Source: a virus (taxonomy: Duplodnaviria > Caudoviricetes). Taken from it: a DNA stretch of 28,405 nucleotides. Made by a program: the position numbers and the translations under genes. The stretch lies in IMG/VR virus record IMGVR_UViG_3300025751_000105, positions 1-28,405 of that record; one strand, written 5' to 3'. Under the pieces are notes generated by a model. The model had not been told where the DNA came from. It saw only the letters and a program-made list of their open reading frames with translations, and did not search any database. Below are positions 17,158 to 23,897 of this stretch, piece by piece; the stretch's first letter is position 1; each line of letters starts with the position of its first letter.

Positions 17158-17561
17158 TGCTCGACCTAGTCTATAAGCTCCTCAAAGACGACTCGAATGT
17201 GACCGGAGAGGTCTCGAGCCGCATCTACCCGTACATCCGTGAAAAGGACACCACAATGCCCGCCGTCATGATGGAATTTGTGGGAACGGAATTCACCATT
17301 CCGAAGGAAGGAATCTCCAAGGCGGACATGTACCAGGTTGAAGTGTTTTCGTACGCCAAAACCGCGACCGTTGCAATGCGCCTCGGGCACAAGGTTCGGG
17401 CGGCCCTGGTCAACAAGCCAGGGACGTACGACATGACCGGAGACGGAGGCTTTTCGTACGAGGTCCTCGAGTCACACATCCGACAGATGAGCATGGAGAG
17501 CGAAGCCGAGGGCCGTGTTTACGTCCTGGTTCAGGTTTTCGACTTCGTGGTGTCAGTCTGA
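17157..17561 (+). CDS. Tail terminator/completion protein (DUF3168-like)
   Basis: SRIYP...P and QVEVFS...VRAAL, plus gene position. Confidence 0.8.
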   Translation: MLDLVYKLLKDDSNVTGEVSSRIYPYIREKDTTMPAVMMEFVGTEFTIPKEGISKADMYQVEVFSYAKTATVAMRLGHKVRAALVNKPGTYDMTGDGGFSYEVLESHIRQMSMESEAEGRVYVLVQVFDFVVSV

Positions 17562-17581
17562 GGAAGTTTTTTTTCGTCCTG

Positions 17582-17607
17582 AAAGCCCAGTAAACGCTGG
17601 GCTTTTT
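17582..17607 (+). terminator. Hairpin/terminator before cassette island 2
   Basis: AAAGCCCAGT-AAAC-GCTGGGCTTT followed by TT. Confidence 0.6.
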
Positions 17608-17616
17608 CAGTTTCCC

Positions 17617-17700
17617 GAAAATTTTTTTCCCGTGTTTCGTCGATTGAATGAACATATGCCCCTATCTTAGCACTGTTCAAACAAACAAACACACAGCATC
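17617..17700 (+). promoter_or_regulatory. Cassette promoter repeat P3 (TATCTTAG variant)
   Basis: TTCGTCGA at 17636 lies 27 nt before TATCTTAG at 17663. It shares its core with P1 and its leader with P4. Confidence 0.8.
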
Positions 17701-18339
17701 ATGCCTCAGTTTCAAAACGGTTACACGACGAGCAACGTACAGGGAAGCCAGTTGCAGCAAACAGAAACAAACGACTGCACTGTGCGAGCAGTAGCGAACG
17801 CCGCAGGAATCCAATACGACCAGGCTCACGCCCTCTGCAAAAAGTTCTTCAAGCGTCGTTTCCGCCAGGGCACATCCACTCGCCTTATCGTCACCGAAAG
17901 CCACAAGCTTTTTGAAACCATCGGATTTGAAGTTGAGAAGCGCACCGTTTCTGAGTACTTCGATTTGCGCGGCACCTGGGGCACCATCAACCAGTTCGTG
18001 AAGCGTCACCCCCGCGGACGCTACCTCCTTTCCGTTCGAGGTCACTCCCTCGCAGTTGTCGACGGTGTTGTGTACGACAACGCAAACCGCACCTCTGGCC
18101 GTCACCGTGTCTTGAGTGCCCGCAAGCTCACTCCGGTCGGAGCCACTCAGGAGCCCATTGTTGAGGCCAAGCCCAAGAGCAAGCGAGTGAAGTTCACCAT
18201 CACCAAGGACGGTGTGACACACTCCGGATTGACTCCGAAGCAGGTGTTCGGAATCGTCGGCGGAAACCTGGCGAGCGTGCAATCCATCTGCGCAAAGCGT
18301 CGCCCTCAGGTCTACGGTTGGACCCTCACTTTCGAGTGA
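17701..18339 (+). CDS. Papain-like (C39-like) Cys-His-Asp domain protein with C-terminal NUMOD1-like module
   Basis: NDCTVRAVANA...GHSLAVVDGVVYD catalytic-triad pattern, then a linker, then TPKQVFGIVGGNLASVQSICAKRRPQVYGW. Confidence 0.6.
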   Translation: MPQFQNGYTTSNVQGSQLQQTETNDCTVRAVANAAGIQYDQAHALCKKFFKRRFRQGTSTRLIVTESHKLFETIGFEVEKRTVSEYFDLRGTWGTINQFVKRHPRGRYLLSVRGHSLAVVDGVVYDNANRTSGRHRVLSARKLTPVGATQEPIVEAKPKSKRVKFTITKDGVTHSGLTPKQVFGIVGGNLASVQSICAKRRPQVYGWTLTFE

Positions 18340-18367
18340 GGTCCACCGGCCTCCGAAAAAAAATCTG

Positions 18368-18442
18368 AAAAAAGTTCCCCTGTTTCGTCGAAGGGTAGAA
18401 CAAGTTGCCGTATATTTGAACATCAAACAAACACACAGCATC
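18368..18442 (+). promoter_or_regulatory. Cassette promoter repeat P4
   Basis: A-tract, TTCGTCGA (18384), TATATTTG (18411) and an AACATCAAACAAACACACA leader. Confidence 0.85.
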
Positions 18443-18625
18443 ATGCAACGCACTCCAAAATCTTTCGCCCAGTCAGTCGCTAACACAGCAAAGGACTACG
18501 CTCGTGACTACGGTATGAACACCAAGGATATGGTTTGGGACGTGGTCAAGGAATACGGCTGCGACCTGGGTTGGTCTGACAGCGACCGCAACGACGTCTA
18601 CAAGGCAGCTCTTCAACTCCTCTGA
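18443..18625 (+). CDS. Small hypothetical protein (60 aa)
   Basis: The ATG follows the repeat leader, and the ORF fills the space between P4 and P5. Confidence 0.75.
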   Translation: MQRTPKSFAQSVANTAKDYARDYGMNTKDMVWDVVKEYGCDLGWSDSDRNDVYKAALQLL

Positions 18626-18706
18626 AAAAAAAATTCACCCTCTTCGTCGAAGGGTAAACCAAATCGACGTATATTTGAACATCAAACAAACAAGCACACA
18701 GAAATT
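18625..18706 (+). promoter_or_regulatory. Cassette promoter repeat P5
   Basis: A-tract, TTCGTCGA (18643), TATATTTG (18670) and the same leader. Confidence 0.85.
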
Positions 18707-19048
18707 ATGGCTTCAATCATTCTCCCTCACGGTCGCCTGAACCTCGAAACAGGAATCTCTCAAAAGCCCGGCAGCTACTCGTTCGACGTTATCGAATGCG
18801 ACAAGAACGGCGGCTGGCTCGAACTCTGGAAAAGCGACACAGGAAAGTTCAAGGTCGTTCGCACCTGGGTCGGAAAAGACGGCGAACCCTGGAACAAGCC
18901 TGGCGACCGCACCGAATTTCGTCACGACCAAACTCGTCGCATCATGAAGGGTGTGTGGACCCTCAAGGGTTCCACCCCGGTCGAGAACATCGCCCTGATT
19001 CAGAAGCACACAGGGAAGCGCGTCCTGGACGTGGCTTGCTACAAGTGA
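18707..19048 (+). CDS. Hypothetical protein (113 aa)
   Basis: Fills the space between P5 and P6. Confidence 0.75.
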   Translation: MASIILPHGRLNLETGISQKPGSYSFDVIECDKNGGWLELWKSDTGKFKVVRTWVGKDGEPWNKPGDRTEFRHDQTRRIMKGVWTLKGSTPVENIALIQKHTGKRVLDVACYK

Positions 19049-19049
19049 G

Positions 19050-19137
19050 AAAAAAAAGTTTGCCCCTTTCGTCGAACGATAAAGATGTTGCACGTATATT
19101 TGAACATCAAACAAACAAACACACAAATCTTTTCATC
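19050..19137 (+). promoter_or_regulatory. Cassette promoter repeat P6
   Basis: A-tract, TTCGTCGA (19068), TATATTTG (19095) and the same leader. Confidence 0.85.
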
Positions 19138-19689
19138 ATGAAAAATTTCAATTCCATCGCAGCAGCAGCTGCAGCCCTCGAAGTCAAAGCCAACACCCTG
19201 AGCAAGCAGCTCAAGCGTCACGGCAACCAGGTCGAAATGTTCGACCAGAAGGACCGAGAAATTCTGGTCAAGCGAAACGACGACAACACCGTTTCTGTGA
19301 CCCTGGTCAAGCAAGCGCCTGCGAAGCCTAAGGCGAAGCGCAAAGAGTTCGTGTTGCCAAGCCACCACGTTCACACACAGAAGACCGACCCACGAATGAG
19401 CCGTATGGCCGGTGAGGAGGTCGCCAACGAAAGCCGCGAGCCTGGAATCTACGTGACCACCGCGGACGGAGCTGAAGGCATCTTCCACAACAACACGCTC
19501 GCCGCAGCGTTCGGAGCCTGCACCGTTTCTCGTGTCTCTGAAATCCGTCGTGCAACCAAGGTGCGTCAGTTGGACGCGGGCGGTTCCTTCACCGTCACCC
19601 TCAAGAACGGAACGACCATCTCAATGGTTCGCCTCGATGAGGTCGTGTGGATGCGCCGCACCAAGAAGACCGGCGAAGCTGCCGAGTAA
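19138..19689 (+). CDS. Hypothetical protein with two NUMOD1-like HTH segments (183 aa)
   Basis: ATG after P6; the track's start at 18796 overlaps another gene. Segments FNSIAAAAAALEVKANTLSKQL and IFHNNTLAAAFGACTVSRVSEI. Confidence 0.7.
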   Translation: MKNFNSIAAAAAALEVKANTLSKQLKRHGNQVEMFDQKDREILVKRNDDNTVSVTLVKQAPAKPKAKRKEFVLPSHHVHTQKTDPRMSRMAGEEVANESREPGIYVTTADGAEGIFHNNTLAAAFGACTVSRVSEIRRATKVRQLDAGGSFTVTLKNGTTISMVRLDEVVWMRRTKKTGEAAE

Positions 19690-19712
19690 TTCGATTCTCC
19701 CTCTGTTGAACT

Positions 19713-19745
19713 GAGAGCGGGCCGCTAGGCTCGCTCTCTTTTTTT
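19713..19745 (+). terminator. Intrinsic terminator closing cassette island 2
   Basis: GAGAGCGGGCC-GCTA-GGCTCGCTCTC followed by T7. Confidence 0.9.
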
Positions 19746-19778
19746 GCCCATACTGTCCCAACTCTCGTAAAAGCACAC

Positions 19779-20126
19779 GGAGCCCATAGGAGCTCCATAT
19801 CGAGTCCGGAGCATTTCACCTAGCGTCTACCACTCCAAAATCATCCGAGCTCACGTATGGAGCCCGAATGAGCTTCAAATGAACACCGCTGCCCTGTGTC
19901 TGGGTTGCGGTTTTGTTTCTTGTGGTCATGAGTATTTCACCACCGAGATGCGAGACCTGTGACGGCTCAGGCGAGACGGGTCCGCACGGCTGGGAATATC
20001 CGGAGTGGCACACGTGCACCGCGTGTAACGGGTCAGGCGTAGCGCGCGACGAGGACGCGGAGTACGATGCCTGGAAGGATGACCAGCTTTGACCAGGAGC
20101 CCATAGGAGCTCCATATTGAGCCCGG
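19779..20126. repeat. Direct repeats GGAGCCCATAGGAGCTCCATAT
   Basis: Exact 22-mer at 19779-19800 and 20096-20117 (29/31 identical when extended), with a degenerate copy at 19859-19880. Confidence 0.9.
19928..20092 (+). CDS. 54-aa DnaJ-type zinc-finger protein (not in ORF track)
   Basis: Translated by hand as MSISPPRCETCDGSGETGPHGWEYPEWHTCTACNGSGVARDEDAEYDAWKDDQL, with two CxxCxGxG motifs. Confidence 0.8.
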   Translation: MSISPPRCETCDGSGETGPHGWEYPEWHTCTACNGSGVARDEDAEYDAWKDDQL

Positions 20127-20285
20127 GTGTGTTTTGGCTGCCTAGCAGTAGCCCAGACCATCCGGGCTTCCCTATAGCACTCCAAAATCGTCCAGAGCAA
20201 TGTTGTTCGAACGAAGCCGCGGTTCACGTATGCGCATGAGGTACTTTCGCAAAGACGTCGCTTCTCATCCCCAAAACGAAAGACC

Positions 20286-20762
20286 ATGGCAACAATTCAC
20301 GGTAACGCTCTCGGCATCTACGTGTCCAACACGGCTGGAGACCTCACCGCCCCTCTCGACCCAGACAACGCGGAACTCGTGGCATGCAGCACGAACGCAA
20401 CTCTGAGCCTCTCAAACGCAACCATCGAAACGGCTTGCAAGAAAGACACCTCGGGTGTTCTTGACGACGCCTCCGTGCGTCACACAATCCCCGGCCAACA
20501 AACCTGGAGCATTCAGGTTGAGGGCCTCGTTGAACTCACTGCCCCCGCAGCTACAGCAAACAACTTCCAGAGCCTCCTGGAAATCGCCAAGGACCGCGAC
20601 GACATTCTCGTTGTGTTTTCCGACCGTGTTGCAGGCAACTACGAGTACTACGGCTTGGGCTTCATTTCCTCGATTGAAATCTCGGCTTCTGTCGACGACT
20701 TCGCAACGTACAGCTGCACCATCGAAGGAAACGGAGACTTGACTAGCGCTGCGCACACGTAA
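20286..20762 (+). CDS. Major tail tube protein
   Basis: IHGNAL, ACSTNATLSLS, TWSIQVEGL and ATYSCTIEGNG resemble TP901-1-type tail tubes. It precedes the chaperone and tape measure genes. Confidence 0.9.
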   Translation: MATIHGNALGIYVSNTAGDLTAPLDPDNAELVACSTNATLSLSNATIETACKKDTSGVLDDASVRHTIPGQQTWSIQVEGLVELTAPAATANNFQSLLEIAKDRDDILVVFSDRVAGNYEYYGLGFISSIEISASVDDFATYSCTIEGNGDLTSAAHT

Positions 20763-20786
20763 GAGCTAGCCCTTTCTGAACCCATA

Positions 20787-20810
20787 GAAGCCCGCCACTG
20801 AGCGGGCTTC
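20787..20810 (+). terminator. Hairpin after tail tube gene (no U-tract)
   Basis: GAAGCCCGC-CACTGA-GCGGGCTTC. May be an mRNA-stabilising or weak terminator structure. Confidence 0.45.
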
Positions 20811-20827
20811 GTGGGCAGGAAAAATTG

Positions 20828-21169
20828 ATGAATATGGACAACACTCTGCGTGGAGCTTTCGAGCTTGAACTTGATGGCAAAAAAATCTCGTGCTTGCTCA
20901 ATCTGAACGCGTTCAGAATCCTGACTCAAAAATTTGGTGTGAAGCTGGCTGACCTGGAAAAGGACATGTCAGAAGACCCGCTGGAAATCATGCCGCAAAT
21001 TGCATGGTGCGGGTGCCTCAATTCTGCGATTCGAAAGCAGGAAAAATTTGAGGTCGATTTCGACTGGTTCGCTGCGGTCCTTTTGGACGGGCCGGATGCC
21101 ATTGAGCAACTGACCGAACGAATCACAGAAGTCTTCGCCCCAGAGAGCAAGGAGACTGAGGGAAACTGA
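20828..21169 (+). CDS. Tail assembly chaperone (lambda gpG-like)
   Basis: Lies between tail tube and tape measure genes and ends ...EGN* over the slippery heptamer. Confidence 0.85.
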   Translation: MNMDNTLRGAFELELDGKKISCLLNLNAFRILTQKFGVKLADLEKDMSEDPLEIMPQIAWCGCLNSAIRKQEKFEVDFDWFAAVLLDGPDAIEQLTERITEVFAPESKETEGN

Positions 21170-21486
21170 GGGGCCCGAAGAAGGAGCTCACCTGGTCGGA
21201 TTTGTACCAGGTTGGTTTGTCTTCGGGCTTGCTCCCGGACCAGTTCTGGGACATGACTTTTCGTGAGCTTCATTTCTTCACGTCAAGCACCCTCGAAAAC
21301 GAGAAGCTCGAATGGAGACGGCACAGCTATTTGCTCGCTCTTCTGGCTAACCAGCACAGAGGCAAAGGCAAGCAGCCTGCCAAACCAGACGACTTCTACC
21401 CGTTCGATACCACACCGGAATTCACAAAGGAAGACCTGGATGATGTAGTTGCCCACTTGAAACGACCCAGAAACGAAAAAACCTGA
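21160..21486 (+). CDS. Tail assembly chaperone frameshift extension (gpGT-like)
   Basis: G GGA AAC slippery site at 21160-21166. The -1 frame is open to 21486 and contains GLLPDQFWDMT. Confidence 0.8.
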   Translation, partial: GKLRGPKKELTWSDLYQVGLSSGLLPDQFWDMTFRELHFFTSSTLENEKLEWRRHSYLLALLANQHRGKGKQPAKPDDFYPFDTTPEFTKEDLDDVVAHLKRPRNEKT

Positions 21487-23897
21487 TGGCAAAACAGAGC
21501 CTTCTTTCAATCATTCTGCGGGTCAAGGCAAAGGGCTTTGACGCAGCTCTAATCCGTGCGGGAAAATCTCTCGAACGGTTCGGCTCGAAGGCTACTGCCG
21601 CGGGCAAGACTTTGACCACTTCCCTGACGGCTCCTCTTGCTGCCGTCGCAGCGGTTGCCGGGAAGACCGCGGTTGACTTTGAATTTGCTCTTGCGAAGGT
21701 TCAAGCTGTCAGCGGTTTCACGGCCGGTGAAATGGGAAAACTCGAGGCCCAAGCTAAGGCGCTTGGAGCTTCAACAAGCAAGTCCGCTTCGGAAGTCGCT
21801 GGGCTACAACTTGAGCTTGCGAAGCTAGGCAAGAGCCAGGGCGAAATTGAAGGCATGACGGAGGGCATTCTGTCCCTCGGTATTGCGTTCGATGAGGAGC
21901 TCGGTGTTGTGGCCGCGGAAGTAGGTGCAACCCTCAACCGTTTCGGACTTGATGCGAGCAAGACAAATGGCGTCGTGGACGTCATGGCCAAGGCCTTCGG
22001 TTCGTCAGCTCTTGACCTGGACAAATTCAGCAACGCAATGGCCAAAGCGGGACCGACCGCAAACGGCCTGGGAATCTCTCTTGAGGACACCACCGCAGCG
22101 CTCGGAGTTCTGGTCAATAACGGTATCGACGCAAGCACCGCGGGAACGGCCCTGACGAAGGCAATGACGACCCTCGCAAAGAAGGGGGTTGAGCCGTCAA
22201 AAATTCTCGGAACCCTGTTCAACGGAGGTCTCTCTGTTGCGGAGTCGTTTGAGCTGTTCGGAGACCGTGCCGGCAAAATCATTCCGGTCCTCCAGGCAAA
22301 CGGTCAGCAGTTCGATGAACTGTCCACCAAACTGTACAACGCAGATGGTGCCGCGGCAACCGCACGTGCGACCCTCGAGAACACCGCACAGGGCGCACTC
22401 GACCGGATGCGTTCCGCAATTGAAGCGGCAGCCCTTTCGCTTTCAGAATTCTTGCTTCCCGCAATCGTCCAAGCAGCAGACTTCATCGGCGGTTTGGCAA
22501 GCAAGTTTGCGAGCCTCGACACAGAGACAAAAAAGACCATTCTGAAGTTTGCCGGAATCGCTGCGGCCATCGGCCCAGCCTTGCTCGTCGTGGGCAAGTT
22601 CTCCGGACTCATCGGAACCCTCCTCCGTCTTCTCCCGTTGGTGACTGGTCCGGTCGGGTTGGTTGCCATCGCGATTGGCGCGGCCGTCATTGCAATCATC
22701 AAAAATTGGGATGCGGTTGTGGCCTACTTCCGTGACGGACCTGGAGCCACGTTCTTGGACACTCTTCTGGGCGTTGTTGAAACCGTCATCAACGGCATTG
22801 TGTTTGTCTTCTCGGCGGCCATTGACATGATAATTTCGTTCTGGAATACGTGGGGCGAAACCATCACAAACATTGTCGTCGGAGTCGTCAATGGACTGGG
22901 CGACATTTTCGGATTCCTGTTCGAGGGAATCGGCAGCCTGTTCGCTGCCTTCAAATCCGCATTTGAGGGTGACTGGTCAGGCATGTTCAAGAACCTCGGA
23001 AACACTCTCATATCGTCCCTTCAGTTTATTGTCAGCACACTGTTCAACGCGTTCGGCGTCATCGGCGGATTGGTCGACGGCGTTCTGGAAAAATTTGGCG
23101 TGGACAGTGGAATTCAGTCCGCCCTTGACGGAGTTGAAAAGAACGTGACCGACTTTCTCGAGGGATTGAAATTTGACGTCGAGGAAACTGAGAAATCCGT
23201 ATTCAGTCTTGGTGAAACCTTCAGCAAGGTCATGGGCATGTTCTCGGGCTCTTCTGGAGGCACTGGAGGAGCTCAAACAATCGACTCAGGCGTTGAGCCA
23301 GGAACAGGTGTCGGAGGCGATACAGGAGGCGATTCTGGAAGCGCCATCGAATCGGCCGAAACCTACAACGGAATTCTGGAGGAAACGAAGACCCTCGCGG
23401 AGCAAGCCGGGGAGGCCAGTTCACAGGCGTTCGCGAGCTTGACCGACGGGCTAGCGTCTGCCATTGTTGAAGGCGAAAGTTTTGGTGAGACTTTGAAGAA
23501 TGTTTTCAAGGGGCTCCTCAAGCAGCTTTTGTCTCTCGCAATCTCCTACGCAATCACCTCTGCGCTGAGCCCACTTGACCCGGCCAACCAGGTCACAGGT
23601 GGTGCAGCTGGCGCGGCCAAAGCCGCAGCAGCTCCGGCCATCGTGAAAGCCTTCTTTGCATCGCTCCCGAAGTTCGCCCAAGGTGGTGCGGTTACGGGGC
23701 CAACCGTGGCCCTCATCGGCGAGCGCCCCGGGTCTCGCGGTGAGTTCGTCATTCCGTTCGAACGCCTTGGCCAGTTCATGGACATGGCGGGGGCTGGTCA
23801 ATCTCAGACCGTCAACGGCCGCATTTACGGTGACGACATCTTTCTCTCAAACGAAAATTCAGACCGCCTTTTGAGCCGTCGCAGAATCATCTCATAA
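21486..23897 (+). CDS. Tape measure protein (TP901-type core)
   Basis: Ala/Gly-rich, with LTTSLTAP..DFE..KVQAVSG and GIDASTAGTAL, aromatic repeats, and C-terminal FAQGGAVTGPT..GE. Confidence 0.93.
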   Translation: MAKQSLLSIILRVKAKGFDAALIRAGKSLERFGSKATAAGKTLTTSLTAPLAAVAAVAGKTAVDFEFALAKVQAVSGFTAGEMGKLEAQAKALGASTSKSASEVAGLQLELAKLGKSQGEIEGMTEGILSLGIAFDEELGVVAAEVGATLNRFGLDASKTNGVVDVMAKAFGSSALDLDKFSNAMAKAGPTANGLGISLEDTTAALGVLVNNGIDASTAGTALTKAMTTLAKKGVEPSKILGTLFNGGLSVAESFELFGDRAGKIIPVLQANGQQFDELSTKLYNADGAAATARATLENTAQGALDRMRSAIEAAALSLSEFLLPAIVQAADFIGGLASKFASLDTETKKTILKFAGIAAAIGPALLVVGKFSGLIGTLLRLLPLVTGPVGLVAIAIGAAVIAIIKNWDAVVAYFRDGPGATFLDTLLGVVETVINGIVFVFSAAIDMIISFWNTWGETITNIVVGVVNGLGDIFGFLFEGIGSLFAAFKSAFEGDWSGMFKNLGNTLISSLQFIVSTLFNAFGVIGGLVDGVLEKFGVDSGIQSALDGVEKNVTDFLEGLKFDVEETEKSVFSLGETFSKVMGMFSGSSGGTGGAQTIDSGVEPGTGVGGDTGGDSGSAIESAETYNGILEETKTLAEQAGEASSQAFASLTDGLASAIVEGESFGETLKNVFKGLLKQLLSLAISYAITSALSPLDPANQVTGGAAGAAKAAAAPAIVKAFFASLPKFAQGGAVTGPTVALIGERPGSRGEFVIPFERLGQFMDMAGAGQSQTVNGRIYGDDIFLSNENSDRLLSRRRIIS

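Noticed and set aside
17558-17610. Hammerhead ribozyme-like CTGAGGA...GAAA followed by a stem
   Set aside because: Stem II forms only 2 bp and stem I cannot pair. It is better explained as a stop codon plus a terminator hairpin.
17617-19137. CRISPR array or integron attC interpretation of the repeats
   Set aside because: The intervening sequences are 180-640 bp genes, and the repeats carry promoter boxes and lack attC-like symmetry. No cas or integrase gene is present.
18796-19137. N-terminal 114 aa of the 297-aa track ORF
   Set aside because: It overlaps the 18707-19048 gene and promoter P6. The true start is most likely 19138. Upstream extensions at 6560, 8213, 9587, 10246, 18416 and 27052 were trimmed for similar reasons.
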